Assembly: GCA_037137395.1 (NCBI GenBank)
Contig: JBAXKK010000013.1
Span: 1 to 40,070, forward strand
DNA from: Elusimicrobiota bacterium
GTDB taxonomy: Bacteria; Elusimicrobiota; Elusimicrobia; Elusimicrobiales; UBA9959
Length of the DNA stretch: 40,070 bases
Direction: 5' to 3'
A program made the position numbers and the translations under genes. Shown one piece after another: positions 26,075-34,507 of the stretch. Position 1 is the stretch's first letter. Each line of letters opens with the position of its first letter. The notes below the pieces were generated by a model. That model did no database searches. It was not told the DNA's origin and saw nothing but the letters and a program-made list of their open reading frames with translations.

Positions 26075-26101
26075 AACCGCAGCAAACTGCTGGTGGTCGT
26101 A

Positions 26102-26134
26102 GAACCCAAAAAGGAGCAGCTCCTTTTTGGGTTC
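26102..26134. terminator. Perfect hairpin, probable terminator
   Basis: gaacccaaaaaggag-cag-ctcctttttgggttc (15-bp arms). Confidence 0.65.
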
Positions 26135-26208
26135 CTATGTTCCCCGCGGGTTACTTTGGGTAGTCGCCGTTTTTGTTGAGTTTGCGGATCTTTATGCCGT
26201 TGTGAAAA

Positions 26209-26372
26209 TTGACAGTGAGTAAAATTACTCAGTATACTGAGTAAACCATGATACCCCTGGAATTCACACGTATACTCAAAACAAACAATTCCAGTCTCCT
26301 GGTTGGGGCAGACAGGGAATACCTCTTGAGGAATTTCTCTCCATGCCGCCGGACTCATGGCTCCAGCCTATA
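26209..26372 (+). pseudogene. Internally deleted remnant of a DUF4143 AAA ATPase gene with its promoter/operator
   Basis: Promoter matches 31120-31158. The ORF start MIPLEFTRILKTNNS corresponds to MTLPKFRRSVLKTINS. It is joined to LLVG and then, after a frameshift, QGIPLEEFLSMPPDSWL, which corresponds to the C-terminus of 31159..32364. Confidence 0.85.
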
Positions 26373-26508
26373 ATGGATGATGGCCCTAATAATGCCATTA
26401 TCTGATACGGCACGGGCCGACTTCCTTGAGAGGACCGCTGCGGGTATGGGGCAACGGTAGACCTGCGCGGGGGGCGGGGAATCCCTGCGGAAGAAACGCG
26501 CCGCGCTC

Positions 26509-26546
26509 TTGACTTTCTGTCAGAAATAGTATATCCTTTTCTGACA
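26509..26546 (+). promoter_or_regulatory. Sigma70 promoter with an overlapping inverted-repeat operator for the AbiE pair
   Basis: TTGACT-17-TATCCT, with inverted repeat tgtcagaaa (26518-26526) / tttctgaca (26538-26546). Confidence 0.7.
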
Positions 26547-26557
26547 CAATAAGTATT

Positions 26558-27190
26558 ATGAACTCCATTCAAAAGAACGTTTTGGCCCGTATGCGAAAAC
26601 TGGGGGTAGGGATGATCCACGCCAGCAAGGATTTCCTCTGCCTTGGTTCCCGCGCGGCGGTTGACCAAGCTCTATCGCGGTTGACCGAACACAAAACCAT
26701 TAGGCGGCTCGGCCAGGGGCTGTATCATATTCCTCGGATGAATCCGACTTTAGGGATTGAGCTCGCCCCGGATATGGATACGGTAGCCCATGCCATTGCA
26801 AGAAAAACAGGAAGCCGTGTCGTTCCTTCCGGCGCGGTGGCCGCAAACTGGCTCGGATTGTCTACTCAGGTTCCCGCGAAGCCGGTCTACCTGACTGACG
26901 GAAAATCCAGAAGTATTCGTGTAGGTAACACCGTGTTCACCATGAAACATGTCTCACCCAGAGACCTTCCCCTTGGCAGTTCAACAAGCGCCATGGTCTT
27001 CCAGGCGCTTCGCCATATAGGTAAAGAATCCATCAACGAAGATACTATTACGCATCTGCGTAAAAGGCTTGCCGCCAAAGACCAGCGGAAGCTGCTCAAA
27101 GACTTGTTGTATGTCACCGGCTGGATCGCCGAGGTGGCACGCAAAGTCTGCAAGAACGTCGGAGGTTTAGGAGAGGTGCGCCATGGATGA
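26558..27190 (+). CDS. Type IV TA antitoxin, AbiEi-like (DUF6088)
   Basis: DFL.LGSRAAVDQALSRL...IRRLGQGLY..P, AAN.LGLSTQVPAKPVYLTDG. Coupled to the downstream toxin. Confidence 0.85.
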   Translation: MNSIQKNVLARMRKLGVGMIHASKDFLCLGSRAAVDQALSRLTEHKTIRRLGQGLYHIPRMNPTLGIELAPDMDTVAHAIARKTGSRVVPSGAVAANWLGLSTQVPAKPVYLTDGKSRSIRVGNTVFTMKHVSPRDLPLGSSTSAMVFQALRHIGKESINEDTITHLRKRLAAKDQRKLLKDLLYVTGWIAEVARKVCKNVGGLGEVRHG

Positions 27191-28223
27191 TATCGCGCGT
27201 CTTTCCGAGAGTGATCGTTCCGAACTGTTTAGTACGGCATCCAGCATACGCGGAGACATGCTGCCCGCCCTGATCGAAAAAGATTTTTGGGTCTGCTGGA
27301 CGCTTAAGCGTATCTTCACCTTGAATAACCCGCCGGCGGGTCTCATTTTCAAGGGGGGAACAAGCCTATCCAAGGTTTATCAGGCCATTGACCGATTTTC
27401 AGAGGATGTCGATCTTTCCTTTGACCGGAGCGCGTTAGGATTCGGTGGCGAGAACGATCCTGCGAAGGCTCCAAGCAGGAAACAGGAAGCGAAGCGGCTG
27501 GAAGGTTTGTCGGCGGCTTGCAGGAAAATGATCCATACCCGGTTTCTGCCGCAACTCAGCGCTGCTTTTGCCGCCGCACTTGGCACGACTCGGTCAAAGG
27601 GGCTATGGCATATCGAACTTGACCGGGAGGACCCGGACGAGCAGACCTTGCTATTCCATTACCCGGCCGGAATTGGCGGGCGTGAGGGCGCTATGGCCAG
27701 ATACCTGCAACCGGTAATCCGGCTGGAACTTGGCGCGCGGGGAGAGCAGTGGCCTGCTGAGGAGGCGGCGGTCATGCCATACGCGGCCCAGGCCATCCCC
27801 AAGCCCTTCAAAGACCCTTCTTGCAAAGTGAAGGTACTGGCGCCTGAACGCACATTTTGGGAGAAGGCCACTATCCTGCATGCCTGCCATCACTTCCCTT
27901 CGGGGAAGGGTTTCCCGCGTCGCCAGTCCAGACATTACTATGATGTTGTAAAACTTTATGAAAAAGGCATCGGCAAGAAAGCTATCGGTGACTTGACGCT
28001 GCTTAAAAGCGTGGCGGAGCATAAGGCCGTTTTCTTCCGCTCCGCTTCCGCAAAGTACGATGAAGCGGTTCCGGGCAGCCTTAGGCTTGTTCCGCCGCCA
28101 TTCCGGAGAAAGGATTTGGAGGACGACTACGCTAAGATGCAAGAGATGTTCTTCAGCGCTCCGCCAGCGCTTGATGATATTCTTGCCGTGCTTACGGAAA
28201 TTGAACGACAGGTGAATGGGTAA
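27183..28223 (+). CDS. AbiEii/AbiGii-family nucleotidyltransferase toxin
   Basis: IEKDFWV, FKGGTSLSK, RFSEDVD, ERTFWEK, SRHYYD. Confidence 0.92.
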   Translation: MDDIARLSESDRSELFSTASSIRGDMLPALIEKDFWVCWTLKRIFTLNNPPAGLIFKGGTSLSKVYQAIDRFSEDVDLSFDRSALGFGGENDPAKAPSRKQEAKRLEGLSAACRKMIHTRFLPQLSAAFAAALGTTRSKGLWHIELDREDPDEQTLLFHYPAGIGGREGAMARYLQPVIRLELGARGEQWPAEEAAVMPYAAQAIPKPFKDPSCKVKVLAPERTFWEKATILHACHHFPSGKGFPRRQSRHYYDVVKLYEKGIGKKAIGDLTLLKSVAEHKAVFFRSASAKYDEAVPGSLRLVPPPFRRKDLEDDYAKMQEMFFSAPPALDDILAVLTEIERQVNG

Positions 28224-28432
28224 CGCTGACTGTCCGAACTGTTGGGTCGTAAGTGCGCAGCCGCCTCTATGAGGAGATGAATTCCTCGGACCCGATCTTT
28301 GACTAGCGGCATTGTAGAAGGGCCTGGTATGTGAGGTTATAAATTTATGTCCTTTGCCGCTTTATCAGCCTAAAAAGGGGGATTTTTAGCACTTTTTGAT
28401 AGGTTTCGGGGTTACTGTAAAGGTTATTGTGG

Positions 28433-28450
28433 GCCCCCGCAACCAAATTT
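28433..28450 (+). mobile_element. tRNA-fMet 3'-end fragment, probable att (attR) site
   Basis: gcccccgcaacca equals the 3' acceptor end of bacterial initiator tRNA. No tRNA body lies upstream, and a terminator follows. The 18-mer recurs at 28682-28699. Confidence 0.65.
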
Positions 28451-28484
28451 AAAGCCCTCGGAAATATCCGAGGGCTTTTTTATT
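28451..28484 (+). terminator. Rho-independent terminator
   Basis: aaagccctcgga-aata-tccgagggcttt followed by a T-tract. Confidence 0.85.
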
Positions 28485-28488
28485 ACAG

Positions 28489-28694
28489 GCGGGGGAGCGA
28501 GACAACTGCTTGTCCCGCGTCAGGATTTGAAAGGTAGGGGAAACCGCAATGCGGTGTCCACCTGTGGTTTATGCAGTTGGAAAGGGTGCCGGGAGCGTTG
28601 GCGAGTCAGCAGACGAGTCCGTGAGCCGGGGTCGCGACCTCAGGTGAGCGACGGCGAGCCTGAGAGTTGTGACAAAATCCTGCCCCCGCAACCA
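28489..28694 (+). ncRNA. Structured tRNA-like element ending in the tRNA-fMet T-stem/acceptor 3' end (CCA)
   Basis: gcggggg (28489) pairs with cccccgc (28683); caggattt (28521) pairs with aaatcctg (28675). Several internal hairpins. Ends in ...gcaacca. Confidence 0.45.
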
Positions 28695-28719
28695 AATTTC
28701 AGTTTCTCGACGATAAACC

Positions 28720-28750
28720 GGCTCACGCAAAAACCGTGGGCCTTTTTTTT
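28720..28750 (+). terminator. Rho-independent terminator
   Basis: ggctcacg-loop-cgtgggcc followed by T8. Confidence 0.65.
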
Positions 28751-28896
28751 GCCGTTTTTTATCGCTTTATGTCGCAAGGTTTTGTGCCTTGCGGTGTAAC
28801 AAGATTTTCAATTTTGATAACTTGATAGTGTTCTAAAACATAAAAATGTAAAATCTGGAAATGGATTAGTGGAGCAGATACAAGGGAGCGACAACC

Positions 28897-30732
28897 ATGG
28901 AATTGCTATCGCCTAGCGCATCTTTCGCCAATATTAGGAGATTCGCCAAAGAGGCGCATAAAACCGCCGAAGATTTTGGTCTGGCTCTGGACAGGTTCGG
29001 GCGAGAGCCTGGTGAGGCCTGGCATGCCGCGGCCGACGGGTTCAGGGAAAAGTTGACCGGGCTGGAGAAGGAACTGGCCGGTGTAAAAGATAAAACCTCT
29101 CTGCCGGCTACGGCGCGAAAGGAATTCGCCGCCCGGGTACAGGCGCTTGCCGTGGATCTGGCCGAGCTGCGCCCTACGCTGCGCTGCGCGGTGCTGGACG
29201 CCTGTCCGCAGGCGGAGATAAAACATCCAGCGGGTGGCACGGCCGAAACAGTGTGGAAGAACTATGACAAACTTACGGCCGGTATTACGGACCGCGTGCT
29301 GCGGTTGGACGCTGTGGTTAGGCTGGCGCAGCGATCCCACGGCCCCGCTGCCGCCTTCGCGCTGATCTGCCCTGCGCTGGAAGAGCGCCTGGGCGCGGCT
29401 GATATATTTAATGTCTTGCCGGCACTCGGGGTATTATTGCAGCACATCCCTCTGCCGCGCCTCGGTGGGCTCACACTTATGGAGAGCATTGCGAATGATT
29501 TCAGGGAGCAGGCGCTTTCCGGCGCCGCCGCGGACGGCCTTTTCGCCAGATTTTTAGAAGGGATGCTGTCCGGGGACCCCGATCGGCGCAAAGCGGCCCG
29601 CAAAGAGCTTGATTGTGCAAGGAACGCCAGTAGTGACGAGCGCTACGGCCGCGCTTCAGAGGATGGTTTTTCCAACAGCAGGGAAATATTGGGCGTCTGG
29701 TCAGGCGTGAAAGCCGCGCTTACCGACCCCGATCCGGTCCGCCGGAGAGCTGCGCTCTGCGCCCTCCCTGCCCTGCAGTTCAGTTTTATTACGCGTGATT
29801 CCCGCGGAGACTGCGCAGAATTTGTCGCGCGCGGCATGGATGATGAAGATGGGACAGTGCGGTATAAGACGCTGCGCTTCGCCTCGGACCTGGCATTGAT
29901 AGGTAGGGTGGATGATCAGGAAATTCTCGCGCTGCTGGAGAAAACCGCCGAGCGCCTGATTTCCGAAACGAAGAAGAAAAGGCCGCAGTCGGCGGCTTGC
30001 GCGCGAAAGCTGCTAAAACGAATAACCGGCCTCCGCAAGTATGACAGGGAGAGGGCAAATTTCACCGCGCCCCGCGTCGCAGAGACGGAGGGCGAAGGGC
30101 GTGAACTCTCTTTTACGGTGCCTCGCAGGTTGCCTTTTGAGACGGTATTCCAGTTCAAAATAACCCTGCTCGGAACGCAGCCGCCGATCTGGAGGCGGTT
30201 GCAGGTGCCGGGTTCCTATACTTTCTATGACTTGCATGTCGCAATTCAGAACGCCATGGGGTGGTCCGACAGCCATCTGCACGTTTATGAAATCGGAGAG
30301 AAACGGAAGGTTTGCATTGAGTCGCCCTACGCGGTCGAAGACCTGGAGGAGAAGCCGTATGGCTTTACTCCGGAAATAATGCTTAGACAATTCTTTAAAA
30401 AGGAAAACGACTCTGCGATTTATGTCTATGATTTCGGAGACGACTGGCGGCACGAAGTGCTGCTTGAGGATATACAGCTTAAAAAGACTGGGCTTAAATA
30501 TCCAATGTGTATGGACGGGGAGCGGGCCTGCCCTCCAGAGGATTGTGGCGGACTCGGCGGCTACGTGGGTTGCGTGGCGGCGGCGACCAATAAAGCTATT
30601 CCGGAAGAGGATGACGAGGCCCTCGCACTGCTGACCTGGCTGGACGGCTGGACTCCGGAGAAATTCAATCCAAAAGACGTGGTTTTTGAGAATCCGGCCA
30701 AGCGTTTTCTCGACAGTTTCGAAGAAGACTGA
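28897..30732 (+). CDS. Plasmid pRiA4b ORF-3-family protein with a long helical/HEAT-like N-terminal extension
   Basis: C-terminal FKITL...PPIWRRLQVP...DLH.AIQ.AMGW.DSHLH, YDFGDDW.H and GERACPPEDCGG. Middle ALTDPDPVRRRAALCAL and MDDEDGTVRY are HEAT-like. Confidence 0.85.
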   Translation: MELLSPSASFANIRRFAKEAHKTAEDFGLALDRFGREPGEAWHAAADGFREKLTGLEKELAGVKDKTSLPATARKEFAARVQALAVDLAELRPTLRCAVLDACPQAEIKHPAGGTAETVWKNYDKLTAGITDRVLRLDAVVRLAQRSHGPAAAFALICPALEERLGAADIFNVLPALGVLLQHIPLPRLGGLTLMESIANDFREQALSGAAADGLFARFLEGMLSGDPDRRKAARKELDCARNASSDERYGRASEDGFSNSREILGVWSGVKAALTDPDPVRRRAALCALPALQFSFITRDSRGDCAEFVARGMDDEDGTVRYKTLRFASDLALIGRVDDQEILALLEKTAERLISETKKKRPQSAACARKLLKRITGLRKYDRERANFTAPRVAETEGEGRELSFTVPRRLPFETVFQFKITLLGTQPPIWRRLQVPGSYTFYDLHVAIQNAMGWSDSHLHVYEIGEKRKVCIESPYAVEDLEEKPYGFTPEIMLRQFFKKENDSAIYVYDFGDDWRHEVLLEDIQLKKTGLKYPMCMDGERACPPEDCGGLGGYVGCVAAATNKAIPEEDDEALALLTWLDGWTPEKFNPKDVVFENPAKRFLDSFEED

Positions 30733-30817
30733 GCCGGTAGAGGTAAGGAGATATCTAAGTGAAGCCACTTAAGATGTTGAGTGAATTCCTTATTTACAAG
30801 GATGGGGGGGCGCCGAT

Positions 30818-31027
30818 ATGAAAGCGATTTTAGAATTCAATCTTCCGGAAGAGGATGCGGACCATCGTGTTGCGTTGGATGGATGGAAATGGAAATCAGT
30901 TTTATATGGCGTGGATCAATGGCTGCGAAAGCTGGAAAAGCACGAGGATAAAGACACTATTGCCGTTACAGAAGTGCGGAAGCGCATCCATGAAGAGCTT
31001 AATGATTCCGGATTGACCTTCGATTAG
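30818..31027 (+). CDS. Small phage-like hypothetical protein
   Basis: MKAILEFNLPEE...A..G..W......DQWLR resembles a common phage hypothetical family. G-rich RBS. Confidence 0.6.
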   Translation: MKAILEFNLPEEDADHRVALDGWKWKSVLYGVDQWLRKLEKHEDKDTIAVTEVRKRIHEELNDSGLTFD

Positions 31028-31063
31028 CGCAGATAATGGCGAATTCTCCTAAATCCTGCTCAT

Positions 31064-31096
31064 TGACTTTTTTATAGTGGTGGTATAAAAAAGTCA
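31064..31096. promoter_or_regulatory. Perfect 13-bp inverted repeat overlapping TTGACT/TATAAA
   Basis: tgacttttttata-gtggtgg-tataaaaaagtca. Confidence 0.5.
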
Positions 31097-31119
31097 TTTT
31101 GTGCGTTTAACAGGTATAT

Positions 31120-31158
31120 TTGACACTGAGTGAAATTACTCAGTATAATGAGTAAATT
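31120..31158 (+). promoter_or_regulatory. Consensus sigma70 promoter with TGAGT/ACTCA operator palindromes; near-leaderless transcript
   Basis: TTGACA-18-TATAAT, ATG 9 nt after the -10, no SD sequence, ttactcagtataatgagtaa near-palindrome. Confidence 0.8.
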
Positions 31159-32364
31159 ATGACACTACCAAAATTCAGACGGTCGGTTCTCAAGACAATC
31201 AATTCCAGACTACAGGAAAAACGCAAATTCATTCAGGTCCTGATGGGGCCGCGGCAGGTGGGGAAGACAACTTTAATAAGGCAGTTCCTCAAAGGCAGTA
31301 AAAATCCGCACCATTATGCCTCGGCGGACGAGCCTTCATTGCGGGACCATACCTGGATAGAGGCCCAGTGGGAGATTGGCCGGCTGCGGGCGCAGGATGC
31401 GGGCAAGAACGGAGCTGTTTTTATACTGGATGAGGCCCATAAAGTTCCAAATTGGTCGGAAGTGGTCAAGCGGTTATGGGACGAAGATACTGCCGAGGGT
31501 AGGAATCTTAAAGTCGTCTTGCTCGGTTCCTCGCCTTTATTGATTCAAAAGGGTTTGACTGAAAGCCTTGCGGGTCGGTTTGAGCTGATTCGGATTCCAC
31601 ACTGGTCGTTTGCGGAAATGAAAGGAGCATTTGGCTGGAGATTGGACCAATACCTGTATTTCGGCGGTTATCCGGGATGCGCCGAGCTTGTGCCGGATGA
31701 AGAGCGCTGGCGGCGGTACATACAAGATTCTTTGGTTGAAACTACTCTATCGCGCGATATTCTCTTACAAACACGTGTAGATAAACCTGCGCTTCTGCGG
31801 CAACTGTTCCGCCTTGCCTGCGACTATTCCGGTCAGATACTGTCCTACCAGAAAATGATGGGACAGTTGCAAGGTGCTGGTAACACCGTCACACTCGCGC
31901 ACTATTTGGAACTCTTATCAGGCGTCGGCATGGTAACCGGACTGCAAAAATATTCCGGCAGCCGTCTGCGGCAGCGCGGATCCAGTCCTAAACTAATCAC
32001 CCTGAATACGGCGCTTATGACCAGCGGCACCAATCAAACTTACACTGCAGCGCGTGAAAACAGCGATATATGGGGGCGGCTTGTGGAAACGGCTGTCGGC
32101 GCCCACTTGGTTAATAGCCTGGCTGGAACCGGTACAGAGGTCCTCTATTGGCGTGAGGATAACAGAGAAGTGGACTTTGTCCTTAAAAGGCATGATAGGC
32201 TTATAGCTTTGGAGGTTACCAGTTCCAGGCGCAAGGACTCGGTCCCGGGGATGGCGCTATTTGCTAAGGAATTCCATCCGCAAAAGAAGCTTCTTGTGGG
32301 GGGGCAGGGTATTCCTCTTGAGGAATTTCTTTCCAAACCGGCTGACTTTTGGTTCAAGCTTTGA
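31159..32364 (+). CDS. AAA_14 ATPase with a DUF4143 domain
   Basis: GPRQVGKTT, ILDEAH, LGSS, ESLAGRF, YFGGYP, GRLVETAV, YWRE..EVDFV. Confidence 0.92.
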   Translation: MTLPKFRRSVLKTINSRLQEKRKFIQVLMGPRQVGKTTLIRQFLKGSKNPHHYASADEPSLRDHTWIEAQWEIGRLRAQDAGKNGAVFILDEAHKVPNWSEVVKRLWDEDTAEGRNLKVVLLGSSPLLIQKGLTESLAGRFELIRIPHWSFAEMKGAFGWRLDQYLYFGGYPGCAELVPDEERWRRYIQDSLVETTLSRDILLQTRVDKPALLRQLFRLACDYSGQILSYQKMMGQLQGAGNTVTLAHYLELLSGVGMVTGLQKYSGSRLRQRGSSPKLITLNTALMTSGTNQTYTAARENSDIWGRLVETAVGAHLVNSLAGTGTEVLYWREDNREVDFVLKRHDRLIALEVTSSRRKDSVPGMALFAKEFHPQKKLLVGGQGIPLEEFLSKPADFWFKL

Positions 32365-32821
32365 GTGGTTTATTGGCAAAATTGAATCGAAATACTCGCG
32401 AAATCGGCCCTAAAAACCCTCGCGCTAAACCTATCCGGTGACATAATACTTAATTCCCTGTGTTGGACTGTTTTACAACCAAAACTTCATAAACCGCGCC
32501 ACAAGCATGGGAACGGGTTATCGGGGACGGTTCTCTGTAACACTTCGTTATCGCATAATTTGCTTATGGGGAGAAAAGCCAACAGGCCTTGGTGGCCGCT
32601 GCTTCCTAACTTCCTAATTAAGGTTTAGGGTTATTTTTTAGATCAAATGCGTCACAACCGGCCTTTAATCTGACAGCGGGTAAAGTTGTGGTCTCTTTAG
32701 CTCAAACGCTCTCCTGTAAAGCCCCCCAAAGGGCCCCAGAATCCACCAAAAAAACTAAACCCACCCCGACAAGACGCTGTCGGGGTCGTCTGCTACGCTA
32801 TTAATACGGCAAGGGGGGATT

Positions 32822-33670
32822 ATGGCAAACAAAAAGATCACGAAGAGCACGAATTCAATTCTGCCGCCCGGGTATAGCCATTTCCTGAAGGATTTAAAAA
32901 TACGCATTAAGGCTGCCCAGGTGCGGGCAGTCCTTTCGGTTAATCACGAAATGACAGGGGTGTATTGGTATATTGGAAAATCCATAGTATATCGCCAGCA
33001 GAATATCGAATGGGGAAACTCAGTAGTGGACCAACTAGCGGTGGATATTCATCACGAATTTCCGGGAATTGAGGGTTTTTCTCCGCGCAATATATGGCGA
33101 ATGCGGGCTTTTTATAAAGCCTATACGCAGCCGGGAATAATTCTGCCACAACTTGCGGCGGAATTGGATGGGGAAAATCTGCCACAGGCTGTGGCAGAAA
33201 TACCGTGGGGGCACAATATTATCCTATTGGAGAAACTTAAGCTCCCTTTGGAGCGTATTTGGTATGCGAGGGCTATAATGGAATATGGGTGGAGCCGCAG
33301 CATGTTGGTTCATCACATAGGCGAGGGCCTGATCAACAGGCAGGCTAAAGCCCTCAGCAATTTCAACCGCACGCTTCCGCCCCCGCAATCGGATTTAGCC
33401 CAGCAGGTCCTTAAGGATCCATATTTCTTTGATTTTGTAACGCTATACGCGGACTCCCATGAGAAGGATCTGGAGCAGGGACTACTGGGCCATATTCAGA
33501 AGTTCCTTGTTGAGCTAGGCGTTGGGTTTGCATTCGTAGGGAGACATGCCGGGCACAAGGGCCGGCAGCACAACCTTCATGGAAAAGCTGCCGCAGAACT
33601 CCGGCAGCAGCACATGGCGTGCCCGGAACGGCGACGCCAGGTCCACAAGCCCGAGCACGGAATAAGGTGA
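32822..33670 (+). pseudogene. Truncated DUF1016/YhcG PD-(D/E)xK nuclease
   Basis: YW.IG, GFSPRNIWRMRAFY, IPWGHN, KDPYFFDF and ELG.GFAFVGR are present. Similarity stops at about 33546, before the expected catalytic IDLLFY/ELK motifs. Confidence 0.8.
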
Positions 33671-33710
33671 CACACAACTTAATTAGAAATAAGTTGTGTG
33701 TCACTTTATT
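33661..33710. repeat. 21-bp-arm inverted repeat (REP-like)
   Basis: aataaggtgacacacaactta / taagttgtgtgtcactttatt, 20 of 21 complementary. Confidence 0.8.
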
Positions 33711-33854
33711 TATTTTGGCCGGGATGGGGCGTACTAAAAACAAAAATAAGCCTGTCGCGGCGAAGAAATAGTAGAATTAAGTATTGGGTTTGTAATCGGG
33801 GCTATACAACATGACAAATGTGAAACAGCTGACTGAAAATATTATTGCTTTTCA

Positions 33855-34112
33855 GTCGGAAGCAGCAATAACAAGCTGGTTCTGGTGCAGCACAGCTCTA
33901 TAGCCGACCCCGACACCGGCGGCAGCTACACCGTAAAGAAATACACCAGCAAAAAGAAATACGCCCCAGACGGCACCTGGCAGCACGAAGAAATAATCCT
34001 AAAGCCCCTGAACCCGGCCTACAGCGACATCGTCATCCCGACCGTGGAAGACGAAGAATTTATGGTCGTTGCGGAATATGTTAATAAAGTGGTAGAGCCA
34101 AATGATGAATAA
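33855..34112 (+). pseudogene. 5'-truncated C-terminal S24/LexA-like domain fragment of a larger nuclease/helicase
   Basis: The frame reads GSSNNKLVLVQHSSIADPDTGGSYTVKKY...IILKPLNPAY..I and has no proper start. Confidence 0.55.
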
Positions 34113-34425
34113 ATGGGGAATTCCAGATTGGCTTGAGCATGAGGTCCGACAGAGAGACAAGACGTGCATTTATTGTGGCATTACAATGCTTGAATCATCC
34201 TCATCGGATGGTTCGCGAAAAGCAGTTGCGACTTGGGAACACATTATTAATGATGCTCGAATGGTTACTAGAGAAAATATAGCTAGGTGTTGTGTCTCTT
34301 GCAATGCTAGTAAAGGCGCGCAAAAACTATCAGAATGGTTAGATTCCAAGTATTGCAAGGAACATGGTATTTCCAGGGAAAGTGTCGCTGATGTTGTAAA
34401 AAATGCTCTAAATAACAACACATAG
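34102..34425 (+). CDS. HNH endonuclease
   Basis: VRQRDKTCIYCG, WEHI, ENIARCCVSCNASKG. Confidence 0.85.
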   Translation: MMNKWGIPDWLEHEVRQRDKTCIYCGITMLESSSSDGSRKAVATWEHIINDARMVTRENIARCCVSCNASKGAQKLSEWLDSKYCKEHGISRESVADVVKNALNNNT

Positions 34426-34507
34426 ATTGATTACAAATATTATTCGGCTGCAATTCATGTCGCCTAAAATAGAACTGGTTTTGAGATAAAGACCATAAGC
34501 AAATTAA

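Noticed and set aside
28370..28700. Intact tRNA-Met gene or tmRNA
   Set aside because: Only 3' ends are present. There is no D-arm, CAT anticodon arm or intact TTC T-loop, and no tmRNA termini or tag ORF.
28527..28799. 90-aa ORF over the structured element
   Set aside because: TTG start, no RBS, no recognisable motif, and it runs across hairpins and a terminator.
18163..31027. Prophage
   Set aside because: Only two isolated phage-like small genes are present, with no capsid, terminase, tail or integrase genes.
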